Assembly: GCA_963817745.1 (NCBI GenBank) | Contig: CAWFPC010000004.1 | Location: forward strand, 41,389-105,388 | DNA length: 64,000 nucleotides | Direction: 5' to 3' | DNA from: an uncultured Chloroflexia bacterium | GTDB taxonomy: Bacteria; Chloroflexota; Limnocylindria; Limnocylindrales; CSP1-4 | In this document: one piece after another, positions 33,190 through 42,914 of the stretch | How the letters are laid out: each line of letters starts with the position of its first letter | Position numbering within the stretch: the stretch's first letter is position 1 | Translations under genes and position numbers: made by a program | The notes under the pieces: model-generated | What the model was told of the DNA's origin: nothing | Databases searched by the model: none | The model's input: the letters and a program-made list of their open reading frames with translations, nothing else

Positions 33190-33747
33190 TCAGTACACGT
33201 ACACCGTGACGTCGACGACGCCGCTCCACGACGGGCAGCCGCAGATCTTGAAGAAGTCGGGGCGGTACAGGTCGATGATCCGGCTGGGCTTCTGGGGCCC
33301 GTAGTCGTTGACCGTGCGGGTGAGGCAGCCGCCATCGCCACAGACGATCACGACGGTCCCGCGCGGGAGTCGCATCGCGGTGTAGCCGGCGTCGTAGAAC
33401 GTCGCCTCCCCGCGGAGCGTGTACTTGGGCTTCTTGCGCACGGACGTCGCGTCCAATTCGGGCTGGTTGACCCGGACCCGCTTCGTCGGCCCGACCTGCG
33501 GTGCCTCCCCGGGCTCGATCAAGGTGGTGCCTTCGGTCAACACGCCGGCGGACAGGTCGCTGCCATCGAGTCCGGCGATCGTGATCGCGGATCGCAGCTC
33601 TGACGCGGTGAAGGACAACGGCTGGAAGGCGCCCGCCGGGACCGGCTCGATCGAGCGAGGTGCCCGCGAGCCTGCCAGACCCGGTAGCGCGACCAGGGCG
33701 AGGGCGGCGGTGAGCACCGACCCTACGACCAACCTGCTGGGTCGCAC
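33190..33747 (-). CDS. secreted RlpA-like double-psi beta-barrel (DPBB) domain protein
   Basis: Signal peptide MRPSRLVVGSVLTAALALVALPGLAG, with a C-terminal GEATFYDAGYTAMRLPRGTVVIVCGDGGCLTRTVNDYGP...IIDLYRPDF. Confidence 0.8.
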   Translation of the reverse strand: MRPSRLVVGSVLTAALALVALPGLAGSRAPRSIEPVPAGAFQPLSFTASELRSAITIAGLDGSDLSAGVLTEGTTLIEPGEAPQVGPTKRVRVNQPELDATSVRKKPKYTLRGEATFYDAGYTAMRLPRGTVVIVCGDGGCLTRTVNDYGPQKPSRIIDLYRPDFFKICGCPSWSGVVDVTVYVY

Positions 33748-33801
33748 GATAGGCGGGGAACGATACGCCTCCGCGGGGTCGTCTGCACGGCCCCCGGCGC
33801 A

Positions 33802-35680
33802 TCAGCGGACGACGATGATGTCCTCGCCCGGCACGCTCTCGACGGTCCCCACGGTGTCGCCGTCCCACGCCGCGATCTGGATCCGGCTTCCCTCGCCACC
33901 CTGGCCCGGCGGGGTCGCCCACGCCAGGCGCCCGTCGCCGATCGAGAAGCCGGGGAGTGCCTGGACATCGACCGGTGCGCCGTCGAGGTCGGACAACGCG
34001 CCGGTGTCGGGATCGACGTGGTAGAGGCTGAGGCGGCCGATCTCCGGATCGGATCGAGTCGGTGACCCAGACGCCGAACCACTCGCCGCTCTCGTCCCAG
34101 CGAACGTCGAAGTCCTCCAGCGGGCCGTCCGCGATGGCCTCCTCGGTGGTCTCGACGGGCTCGCCTGCGCCGCCGGCACGTGTCCAGCTGCGCAACTCGA
34201 GACGACCGTCGGCCGGGGCCCAGCCGGCACCGTCGGCCGACGGATGGATGGAGCCGGCCCAGGTGACGGCGCGCGTGCCGCTCGGATCGACGACCGGCCG
34301 CCACGTAGTCGTCGAGCGGCGTCTCGGCGCCGGTGGATGGATCGATCGCGACGCTCGCGGCCGATGTCACCCCGTCGATCAGGTCGTCGGCGCCCGGGCG
34401 GCTGGCGATCACGCGCCCGCCGTCCCATGACGCGAGGACGCTCTCGCCATCGGTCGTGAGCTGGCGCGACTCGGGATCGCCGACACGCCAGACGTGGATG
34501 TCGGGTCCCGCCGAGCCATCGGCCGGACGAGCCGTGAAGGCGAACCATCGCCCGTCCGCGGAGAACGCGGCTCCCTCACCGACGAGCTCGACCCCGCTGG
34601 CGATGGCCAGCGACGCGGCGATCGTGGGCTCGGGTGACGGCGACGGGTCGGTGCTCGGGGTCGGCGGGATCGGACGGCTCCACGGAGGGCTCGCTGGACG
34701 GCGAGGACGACGGATCGGGGTCCGCGGACGGTTCGACGGACGCCGGCGGCCCGGACGGCTCGACCGACGCGGTCGGGTTCGATGCCGTGGGCGACGCCTC
34801 GGCGGATGGATCCGGCGTGGGCGTGGCAGCGGCCGGGCTCGGGGAGCTCACCGGCGCCGTGGATGCGGTGGCGTCCGGGCTCTCGTCCGGCGTCGCGGTC
34901 GCATCGCCGCCCGTCGGCTCCGGCAACGCGACGACGATGAGCTGCTGGCCGCCGCTGGCGCCGTCATCGACCTCGATGATCGCCTTGCCCGCGACCGACG
35001 AGCGGATGACCGAGCGCGGCGCGGACGAGAGCTCGGCCACCTGGCGACCGGCGCTGCCCTTCAGCGTCGCGCAGTCGGGGTCGCGCGGCGGGCACACCTG
35101 GTCGACCGCGGAGTCGTTGTACGCGAACGCGCCGTTCGCGCCATCGATCCACGCGACCGTGCCGGCCTGGACGGTCATCGGCGTGGGGTCGGCGTTGGTG
35201 CTTGCGTCGGCGGCGCCACCGCTCGGATCCTCGCCATCGACCCGATCGGGTGCGATGTCGAAGAACCCGAACCCGACCGACGCCATGCTGACGCTGACGA
35301 CGACGGCGATGACCGCGAGGCCGGACAGGGCGGCCAGCGGGATGCGGTCGCCGCGCCGGCCGCTCGGGTCGCGTGGCACGTCCGGGTGCGGAGCGTCCAC
35401 GGGCGGCCAATTCGCGTTCGATCCCGGCAGCGGTCCGCGCCCACAGGTCGCGCGGTGGCTCGGGCTCCGTGTCGCGCATCGTGCGCAGGGCGAGCCGATC
35501 GGCCTCGTAGGCCGCGGCGATCGCGGCGCACGAGGCGCACGAGGCGAGATGCTCCTCGAGCCAGGCCGCCTCGGCCAGGCCGAGCGGTCCGTCGAGTCGT
35601 TCGGCGGCACGGCTCCGTGCCCGCGCGTGCGTGGTCGCCCAGTGATCGGGCCGTCGGCGGATGCGGCTGAAGCGGGTCAC
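33802..35680 (-). pseudogene. anti-sigma factor (zf-HC2) with TM segment, Pro/Ser/Asp-rich linker and PD40/TolB-like beta-propeller-type extracytoplasmic domain; at least 4 frame switches
   Basis: HLASCASCAAIAAAYE (H-x3-C-x2-C) is in ORF 34964..35680. The TM segment LAALSGLAVIAVVVSVSMA and the linker are in ORF 34576..35610. FSADGRWFAFTARPADGSAGPDIHVWRV and the later repeats are in ORFs 33802..34548, 33723..34412 and 33098..34195. The start overlaps the sigma-factor stop. Confidence 0.65.
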
Positions 35681-36267
35681 CGGTCGGCCCCCGACGGACG
35701 GCCGGCATCGGCCGCGGCGTCGCTGGCCGCCTCGGCGGCGAGATCCGCGGCGCGCTCGACGGCGAGTGCCTGGCGCAGGCTCTCGCGTGCGCGGGTCAGC
35801 AGGGCGCGTGCGGCGACGTGACTCACGCCGAGGGCCGCGGCGAGCTCGAGTCCGGTCAAGTCATGGAGCTCCGCGAGGAGGAGCGCGGCGCGTTGGCGCT
35901 CGGGGATCCTGGCGAGTGCACGCTGCATGTCACCGGACAGACGGCCCTCCATGACGAGGTGCTCCGCGGACGGCGCCGAACCACGCGATTCGCCGGTCCA
36001 CGGCAGGAACCGGACGATCTTGCGCCGTCGGATCTCGTCGAGTGCGACGCGGTGCGCGATCTGGTACAGCCACGCCCGGGCATTCTCCGGCTTCTCGAGG
36101 GTCTCGTAGTTCTTGTACGCCTTGATGAACGCGTCCTGCGTCATGTCGGCGGCGACCTCCGGGTCGCGCATCATGCGCAGCAGGTACGCGTGGATCTCCC
36201 CGTGGTGCTTGGCGAACAGGGTCTCGACGAAGAGCGCGGCTTCGTCGCGATCCCACGTTCCGCTCAT
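35677..36267 (-). CDS. ECF (group 4) RNA polymerase sigma-70 factor
   Basis: Internal ATG at 36267. Region 2 is DAFIKAYKNYETLEKPENARAWLYQIAHRVALDEIRRR. Region 4 is ERQRAALLLAELHDLTGLELAAALGVSHVAARALLTRAR. Confidence 0.88.
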   Translation of the reverse strand: MSGTWDRDEAALFVETLFAKHHGEIHAYLLRMMRDPEVAADMTQDAFIKAYKNYETLEKPENARAWLYQIAHRVALDEIRRRKIVRFLPWTGESRGSAPSAEHLVMEGRLSGDMQRALARIPERQRAALLLAELHDLTGLELAAALGVSHVAARALLTRARESLRQALAVERAADLAAEAASDAAADAGRPSGADR

Positions 36268-36338
36268 GGGCCGACCCCGGTCGACCCGGATCGCCGTCGG
36301 GCGGCCGAGTGCGTCGCGAAGGTCGGGTCGTTGGAGCG

Positions 36339-36427
36339 TCGATGGCCAAAGGGACTCCGTGCATGGGGATCGGCGGGCGTGGCGGTCGGGTGGCGCACGC
36401 TCGATGGCCCAAAGACGAGGCAGTTCC
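36339..36427. promoter_or_regulatory. direct repeats plus a GGAAC (-35-like) element upstream of the ECF sigma gene
   Basis: TCGATGGCC(C)AAAG occurs at 36339-36353 and 36401-36414. On the minus strand GGAAC (36427-36423) lies ~150 nt upstream of the sigma-factor ATG. I could not identify a convincing -10. Confidence 0.25.
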
Positions 36428-36466
36428 CCCCTGTGTGACGCCCGTCGCGCTCGGGCCCGGCGGCCA

Positions 36467-37480
36467 TCAACCCGTCCCACCCCCTCCGTCGGCGGCGCGG
36501 CCCAGCAATTCCTCCACCGCGTCCTCGGGTGAGACGGGGTTGACGGGCAGGCCGGTTCCCAGCTCCAGCCCGGCGATCTCGCGCAGGCGAGGGTGGATCT
36601 CCCAGTGCCAGTGGTAGGTGCCGTCGACCTGTTCGCGCAGGGGCGCGGTGTGGAGGACAAGGTTGTACGGCGGCCCATCCAGCGCGCTCGCCAGCCGCTC
36701 CAGCACCTGGCGCAGGGCCTCGGCCGTCGCGGCGATGTCGGACGCGCCGGCGCGCGAGAAATCGGCATCGTGGCGACGCGGCACGATCCAGACCTCGAAC
36801 GAGCTGCGCGACGCGTACGGGGCGAACGCCACGCTGTGGGCGTCCTCCCAGACCAGCCGGTCCGGCCGCCGTGTCTCGTCGCGCACGAGCCGGCAGAACG
36901 GACACTCCCCCTCGCGGATCACGAACCGCGCGGCGCCACCGAGCTCCTCCGCGATCCGATGCGGGATCTGGGGCAGGTCGTACAGGTCGAGGCACAGGTG
37001 GTTCGTTCGTGCCCCCGCCTGCACGCCCCAGTTCTGGACGACGGTCAGGTACTCGGTCTGGCCGGCAGCGCGCGCCTCGGCGAGGGCATCGCGTGCGCCG
37101 GTGACGAGCGCCTCGATGAGCCGGTTGCCGACGCTGTGCAGGGGACGATGCTCACCGGTCGGTGCGATGACCGTCCGCCAGCTGCCGGTCGCGCGCGCCT
37201 GCGCGAGCGACACCTGGGCGAGGCCGTGGTCGCGATCGAGCTCACGGGCGTCGTCGTCCGTGCCGACGACATGGAAGGCGAAGTCCTTGAGCATCCGTGT
37301 CTGGACGCCGTCCTCGCCGTCACCCGGCGGCGCGGCACAGTTGGCGCACCCGAACAGCCGATCGTCGATCGTTTCGGCCGCGCGCGCGAAGCGGTCGCGA
37401 TGGAACGCGCGATCCACGATCGTGGCGACCCACCAGCCGGTGATGGGGTCCTTGCGCAGCTCGAAGAGACCGCCGGCCAC
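36467..37480 (-). CDS. galactose-1-phosphate uridylyltransferase-like (GalT/HIT superfamily; ADP-glucose phosphorylase-like) protein
   Basis: Intact 337-aa ORF. N-terminal ELRKDPITGWWV, a Cys pair CPFC, and the histidine motif YHWHWEIHPR. Confidence 0.85.
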   Translation of the reverse strand: MAGGLFELRKDPITGWWVATIVDRAFHRDRFARAAETIDDRLFGCANCAAPPGDGEDGVQTRMLKDFAFHVVGTDDDARELDRDHGLAQVSLAQARATGSWRTVIAPTGEHRPLHSVGNRLIEALVTGARDALAEARAAGQTEYLTVVQNWGVQAGARTNHLCLDLYDLPQIPHRIAEELGGAARFVIREGECPFCRLVRDETRRPDRLVWEDAHSVAFAPYASRSSFEVWIVPRRHDADFSRAGASDIAATAEALRQVLERLASALDGPPYNLVLHTAPLREQVDGTYHWHWEIHPRLREIAGLELGTGLPVNPVSPEDAVEELLGRAADGGGGTG

Positions 37481-37487
37481 CGTGCCG

Positions 37488-38249
37488 TCAGGCCTCGATC
37501 ACGAGCGGGGCATCGATGGCGGCGGCGAACGCCTGCGCGAAGATCCAGGCGGCGCCCTCCACGGTGGCGGTCGATGGACGCTCGTCCGCGTCGCCGCGCT
37601 CCCGCGCGATGGACGTCGAGACGGTGCCGGGCATGCCGCAGGCGTCGATCAGCGCGAAGTCGTCCAGGTCGACGCTGACGTTCAGGGCGATGCCGTGATA
37701 GCTGATCCCTCGCTCGACGCGCAGCCCGAGCGCACCGATCTTGCGCGGCGTCGCGCCGTCGGGGTCGCACCAGCAGCCCGGGTGCCCGTCCCGGCGCGTC
37801 GCGGCGACGCCATGCGCGGCGCAGGTCGCGACGAGCGCGGCCTCGAGGGCGCGCACGAACGGCCGGAGCAGGAGGCCCCGCTCGTGGAGCCGGACGATGG
37901 GATACGCGACCAGCTGGCCGGGACCGTGGTAGGTCACCTCGCCGCCCCGTTCGACGCGAACGACCTCGATCCCGAGCGCGTCGAGCTCGTCGGGCGAGGC
38001 CAGGATGTGGGCCGGGTCCGACTGGCGCCCGAGCGTCAGGACGGCGGGGTGTTCGAGCAGCAGCAGCTGATCGCCGATCTCGTCCGCCGCCCGCGCATCG
38101 ACGAGGCGCTTCTGCAGCGCGTGGGCATCGCGGTACGCCACGCGACCCAGCCAGCGGGCATGGAGCGAGGGGTCGCGCGGGCCGCCGGACACGTCGGACG
38201 GGCGTGTTTCTGCGAACGTGGCTTCCACGACCGCACGATAGCAGGGCAT
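37488..38249 (-). CDS. lipB: lipoyl(octanoyl) transferase
   Basis: LLLLEHPAVLTLGR...ERGGEVTYHGPGQLVAYPI...RKIGALGLRVERGISYHGIALNV. The start is taken at ATG 38249; the upstream part of ORF 37488..38777 is junk-like. Confidence 0.88.
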   Translation of the reverse strand: MPCYRAVVEATFAETRPSDVSGGPRDPSLHARWLGRVAYRDAHALQKRLVDARAADEIGDQLLLLEHPAVLTLGRQSDPAHILASPDELDALGIEVVRVERGGEVTYHGPGQLVAYPIVRLHERGLLLRPFVRALEAALVATCAAHGVAATRRDGHPGCWCDPDGATPRKIGALGLRVERGISYHGIALNVSVDLDDFALIDACGMPGTVSTSIARERGDADERPSTATVEGAAWIFAQAFAAAIDAPLVIEA

Positions 38250-38386
38250 CGCCTCGCGACCCGTTTGGGCCCCGTTCGGTCCCTCCAACGGTACGGGGGG
38301 TCGATGGCCCGATGGTGGCGCTGACGGATATCCCCGGGGTGCGGTACGGTGCGGGGGTCCCATCAGCCTGCCCACCATGGAACGTG

Positions 38387-38612
38387 ATGTCGCCTGAACG
38401 TGCCCCCATCCGCATCCGCGCCCGCACGGCCATCGCCGATGCCGACCTCGCGCGCCATGGCCGTCGTGGATCTCCCGAGCGTGCGCGTCCCCCACCGCCC
38501 GCACACGCCCCGTGCCCTCGTCGCGGCGATCGCCGCGGTCCGCCGCCCGGTCGAACCCGAACGGGTCATCGTCATGATGCTGGCCCCGGTCCAGGTCCGC
38601 TCCCGCGGCTGA
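38387..38612 (+). pseudogene. hypothetical small protein (~75 aa); one frame switch near 38455
   Basis: Two adjacent stretches have very high third-position GC in neighbouring frames (MSPERAPIRIRARTAIADADLAR, then MAVVDLPSVRVPHRPHTPRALVAAIAAVRRPVEPERVIVMMLAPVQ). No family recognised. Confidence 0.3.
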
Positions 38613-38659
38613 CGCCCGCCACGGCGGATCGCGCCGCGCGGGGACGCGCGCGGAGACGG

Positions 38660-39133
38660 TCAGCGGCGGAACAATTCCTGATAGCGGGTCCGGAACGACT
38701 CGATGTCCGCCTGGACGCGGTCGTAATCCGGGTGACCGGGTTGCAGCACGGATAGCCGTCGCTCCGCGGCACGCCACTCGGCGAGCACCTGTCCCGCCGT
38801 GTACAGGCGCGGCGCCGAGTCGGTCGAGCCGCCGACCCGTTCCAGGACCGCCCGGTAGCGGCCGTCATCCAGACGGGCGACGGCGAACCTCACCCGGACC
38901 TTCTCGCCATCGAGCCGCTGGATGGTGGCCTCACCGCCGATGTCAGGTGCGCCCGCTCGTTCCCATTCCTCGCGAAAGGCCTCGTCGGCGCCGGGGTCCG
39001 GCGGCGTGGCCGAGAACGCACCGGGCGGCAGCTCGCGCAATCGGTCGAGGGTCACGCCCAGCAGTGCGAGCGCCTGTGGCGTGGCCTCCTCGGCCGTCCC
39101 GTCCGCACCGAGGATGATCGTGGCGTTCGTCAT
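38660..39133 (-). CDS. hypothetical protein, PAS-like N-terminal half
   Basis: ATG at 39133 (MTNATIILGADGTAEEATPQALALLG...). Intact, with high third-position GC. It lies immediately downstream of the PAS histidine kinase on the same strand. Confidence 0.5.
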   Translation of the reverse strand: MTNATIILGADGTAEEATPQALALLGVTLDRLRELPPGAFSATPPDPGADEAFREEWERAGAPDIGGEATIQRLDGEKVRVRFAVARLDDGRYRAVLERVGGSTDSAPRLYTAGQVLAEWRAAERRLSVLQPGHPDYDRVQADIESFRTRYQELFRR

Positions 39134-39256
39134 GATTCCCCTCGTCCGCTGGCCGATGATCCTGCTCGACGCGATCCCCGTTCGGGCACGATCCCGTTCA
39201 CGCACGATCCCGGCGCGAGTCTCTCACGGATGGAGCGCTCGCGAACCCATCGAAGG

Positions 39257-40495
39257 TCAGCTGGTCGGATAGGACTCCTCGGCGATCGGCAGTGCGAACC
39301 CGAACTCCGAACCCCCGCCCTGTCGCGACCTTGCCCAGATCCTGCCGCCCAGGCCGGCGACGATCCGCTCGCAGACCGGGAGCCCCAGCCCGAGGCCGCT
39401 GGCCACGCGCTGTGCCTCCTTGGCCCGATAGAACGGTGCGAACAGCGAATCGGGATCCACCCCGTCGATCCCGAGGCCACGATCGAGGACACGGACTTCG
39501 GCCTCCGTCTCGGTGCCGTCGATGTGGACCTCGATCTCGGCCGTCGGGCCGCTGTACTTGTGCGCGTTCGACAGGAGATTCTGGATCAGCAGCACGAGAT
39601 GGGTCCGGTCCGCCTCGACGACGAGATGCCCATCGGGCGCCGCGACCAGGCTGACGACACGGTCGGGATGCCGACGCTGGAACGCGCCGACCTCCTGGCG
39701 GATCACGTGCGGCAGGACCTGGGGCTCGGGATCGGTCACCGTGCCGGCCTGCATTCGGCTGAAGAGCAGCAGGTTCTCGATGATCGCGAACAGGCGCTCC
39801 GCGTCCTCCGCGATGTCAGCGACCATCTCGCCGCGCAGTTCGGTCGAGACGCGGTCGCCGCGGTCCCGAAGGATCTGCGCGTTGCCGAAGATCGTCGTGA
39901 CCGGGGTGCGCAACTCATGCGACACGAGCCCGAGGAAGTCATCCTGGACCGCGCTCGACGCGAGCAGGGCGTCCGCCGTGGTTCGCAGGTCGTCCTGCGC
40001 TTGCTGGCGCGAACTGACGTCGACGAGCACGTTGACCGCGCCGACAAGGGTCCCGCTCGCATCCCGCAACGGGGTGGGGTACGGCTCGAAGAAGACTCGT
40101 GTGCCGTCGGGTCGTTCGGCGATCGCCGTCTCGCCGCGGACCGACCGATTCTCGCGCAGTGCGATCGCCATGGGGCACTCGGCATGCGCCATGGGACGGC
40201 CGTCGCTCCAGAACAGGCGCCAGGACCCGCACCATTCCTCGCCCAGGTCCGGTCGACGGCCCCACAGCCGCGCGGCCGCGTCGTTGAAGTACGTGATCCG
40301 GCCGGCCGCGTCCGTCGTGTACACGGCGACGCCGAGGGCCTCCATGAACTGGCGGTAGCTCTGCTCCTGGGCGGCGAGGTCCTCGGAGGCACGACGGGGC
40401 ACGAGCGCCCCGATCAACCGGCGCAGCGGATGACGGGGGCGTGCGGGCACGTGCAGATGCGGAACCAGTTCGGCCATGCGCGGCAGTATCGCCAT
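39257..40495 (-). CDS. PAS domain-containing sensor histidine kinase (cytoplasmic; no cognate response regulator in the window)
   Basis: PAS region VAVYTTDAAGRITYFNDAAARLWG. HisKA H-box FLGLVSHELRTP. HATPase N/G boxes LLSNAHKY and GLGLGLPVCERIV. The start is ATG 40495 or 40477. Confidence 0.85.
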   Translation of the reverse strand: MAILPRMAELVPHLHVPARPRHPLRRLIGALVPRRASEDLAAQEQSYRQFMEALGVAVYTTDAAGRITYFNDAAARLWGRRPDLGEEWCGSWRLFWSDGRPMAHAECPMAIALRENRSVRGETAIAERPDGTRVFFEPYPTPLRDASGTLVGAVNVLVDVSSRQQAQDDLRTTADALLASSAVQDDFLGLVSHELRTPVTTIFGNAQILRDRGDRVSTELRGEMVADIAEDAERLFAIIENLLLFSRMQAGTVTDPEPQVLPHVIRQEVGAFQRRHPDRVVSLVAAPDGHLVVEADRTHLVLLIQNLLSNAHKYSGPTAEIEVHIDGTETEAEVRVLDRGLGIDGVDPDSLFAPFYRAKEAQRVASGLGLGLPVCERIVAGLGGRIWARSRQGGGSEFGFALPIAEESYPTS

Positions 40496-40668
40496 CGACC
40501 GGGGTCCTGCCAAGCCGATTCCGCGACTGTCACGAGGTTGCAATCCCGAGTGCGTGACGGCGCTGCGTTTCCGGCTGGGGCGCCTCGTGGATGGTAGGCC
40601 GTGATACCGGCGCGTGCATGGCCCGTACGGGCCGTTCGCGGCCGCCCTTTCGTTCCGCCCCTGCGGTC

Positions 40669-41722
40669 CTACGGGAGCGCGGCGGTCGCGAGGTAGACCT
40701 GCGTCCCGCCCGTCCCGGTCGCGGCTCCGATCTCCAGGTAGTAGTGGAGCGTCCCGTCGAGGTCGACAAGGGCCGCGTCCCAGGCGCGGCCCTTGACCGG
40801 CAGCGAGTCCGCATCGATGACGGGAGCCTCGCCGTCGCGACGCCACGTGATCCCGTCCTCCGACCATGCCAGGAATTGATCGGTCAGGCGGCCACCGGCG
40901 TACACCATCGCCAGACCGGCGGGCGTACTCACCACCCGCGGGCGATCGACGGCAAGCCGCTCCCACGTCTCTTCGGCGCGCAGCACGGGCCCGTCGTGCT
41001 TGGTCCAGGCGATGCCGTCGGTCGACGTCGCGAGGCCGATCGCGCCGCGGCCGCGCAGCTGTTCCACGCCCGTGTAGTACATCGCGTAGCCGTCATCGGT
41101 CGCCACGACGCTCGGCCAGCTCAGGCCGCCCGCGTCCCAGGTCCCGGCGGGGCCGGGTTCCAGGATCGGCGACTCGCCGACCGTCCACGGGCCGTCCGGA
41201 CCCGGTGCGGTCGCGCGACCGAGCACCCATGGCCGGCCGTTCTCGACGGTCTGGAAGACGAGGACCTACGTCCCGTCGTCGATGCGGAACCCGGTCGAGA
41301 CGTCGATGCCGGACGTCGTCAATGGCACGTCGTCGCTGGTCAGCACCGGTTCGGTCGCGGCAGCCTCCCATGCGACGCCGTCCTCGGACGCGAGGTGGGC
41401 GATGTCGACGTGTCCGGGCCATGCGGTGAAGAGGTTCGCGAACATGTGCAGGCGACCGTCCTCCTCGATGATGGCGCCCGGGTTGATGTACAGCTGGTCG
41501 ATGCCGGTCGATGCCCGGGTCACCACGGGCTCAGTCGGCGTGAACTCGAATGCGAGGGACGGCGGGAGCGGGGAGGCGGATGCCGGGCGGCAGTCCCATC
41601 CGACGCCGCGGCGCTCGGCGGACGTCGCGGGCGTCTCGCTCGGCGGCCGCCCCGCGCACGCCGAGGGCCAGAGCGGCCACGAGGGCCAACGCCGCGATTC
41701 GCGCGAACCGACGAACGATCAT
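40669..41722 (-). pseudogene. secreted five-bladed beta-propeller glycoside-hydrolase-like protein (GH43/32/130-type fold); one in-frame TAG plus at least one frame switch
   Basis: Signal MIVRRFARIAALALVAALALG. Repeated blade motifs (ASEDGVAWE, TDDGYAMYYTG, TSTDGIAWTKHDGPVL, SEDGITWRRDG). TAG at 41266-41268 interrupts FRIDDGT*VLVFQT. Confidence 0.65.
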
Positions 41723-41759
41723 TGGGAGAAGCACTCCGGCCGGCGTGCAGAGATAGGAC

Positions 41760-41790
41760 GGAACCGTAACATATGTTCCGGATACGTAAC
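41760..41790. promoter_or_regulatory. candidate MarR operator in an AT-richer divergent intergenic region
   Basis: GGAAC...GTTCC arms (41760-41764 and 41775-41779) enclose the perfect 10-bp palindrome AACATATGTT (41768-41777). CGTAAC is repeated 20 bp apart (41765 and 41785). Confidence 0.35.
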
Positions 41791-42285
41791 AAGTACAATC
41801 ATGACGTGGCCGACGACGCACCCAAGCGATTCACCCTCCTCTACCAGCTCTACCTGGCCAACCAGGCCGCTCGACGGTTCATGCGCTCGTCGCTCTCGGG
41901 AACCGGGATGAGCGGCGAGGAGTTCGCCCTGCTCAGCTACCTGTACGGCAACGGGCCGCGCACGCTCAGCCAGGCGGCGCGAGACTTCGGGCTCGCCATC
42001 ACGACCGTCGCGACGATGCTCGCGCCGTTGATCGATGCGGGCGAGCTCGAGCGGATACCGCACCCGAAGGACCGGAGGGCCCGCCTGATCCGCATCACGG
42101 AGTCCGGACGAAGCCGGATGGACACGGCGATCCCGCGGTACACCGAGGCGTATCAGCTGCTGCTGCGGCAGCTCGATGGCCTCGGGCAGGATCCGGAGGC
42201 GATCTTTACCTCGCTGGACCGGCTGCGGACCGGGATGGTCGAGACGATCGATCGGCTCGAGGCCGACCGCGTTCGATCAGCCTGA
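41773..42285 (+). CDS. MarR family transcriptional regulator
   Basis: Winged-helix core FALLSYLYGNGPRTLSQAARDFGLAITTVATMLAPLIDAGELERIPHPKDRRARLIRITESG. The GTG at 41806 is an alternative start that would clear the upstream palindrome. Confidence 0.85.
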   Translation: MFRIRNKYNHDVADDAPKRFTLLYQLYLANQAARRFMRSSLSGTGMSGEEFALLSYLYGNGPRTLSQAARDFGLAITTVATMLAPLIDAGELERIPHPKDRRARLIRITESGRSRMDTAIPRYTEAYQLLLRQLDGLGQDPEAIFTSLDRLRTGMVETIDRLEADRVRSA

Positions 42286-42293
42286 GAGAGTCG

Positions 42294-42837
42294 ATGGACG
42301 AGGAACCTGGCACGGTCCTGACCATCGACGAGCTCGTCCTGCGCCCGTGGCGCGACGCGGATGCGCCCGCGGTGCTTGCCGTCTGCCAGGACCCGGAGAT
42401 CGCCCGGTGGGTGACGATCCCCCAGCCGTTCATGCCCGCCGACGCGGACGCCTTCATCGAGAGCGCCATGTCGATGTGGCGAGGCCGGCACCGGCGTCGC
42501 GTTCGCCATCGTCGAGGCCGCCACCGATCGCCTGCTCGGGGCCGTGACGCGGTTCGGCCCCGAGGGGCACCAGGCCACGTTCGGCCTCTGGCTCGCACCG
42601 GAGGCGCGGGGTCGTGGCGTGGGCTCCCGGTCGCTTCGGCTGGTCGCGGACTGGACGTTCGCCACGACCGCGGCCATCCGCCTCGACACGTTCATCATGG
42701 TCGGCAACGAGGTGTCGAATCGGATGGTCGAGCGTGCCGGGTTCCGGCGCGAGGGCGTGCTGCGGGCATGGGACCTGCACCACGACGGCGTGCCCGTCGA
42801 TTGCGTCGTCTACTCCCGCATCCGCGGCGACGGGTAG
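42294..42837 (+). pseudogene. GNAT N-acetyltransferase (RimJ/RimL-like); one frame switch near 42479
   Basis: LVLRPWRDADAPAVLAVCQDPEIARW is in frame 0. FAIVEAATDRLLGAV...LAPEARGRGVGSRSLRLV...NEVSNRMVERAGFRREG is in ORF 42544..42837. Confidence 0.75.
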
Positions 42838-42914
42838 ACCACTCGCCCAGGGCATCGCTCGCGCTCGTTCCGCGGCGCTCGCGCTCATTGCCGCGGCGCT
42901 CGCGGCGGCCTCGT

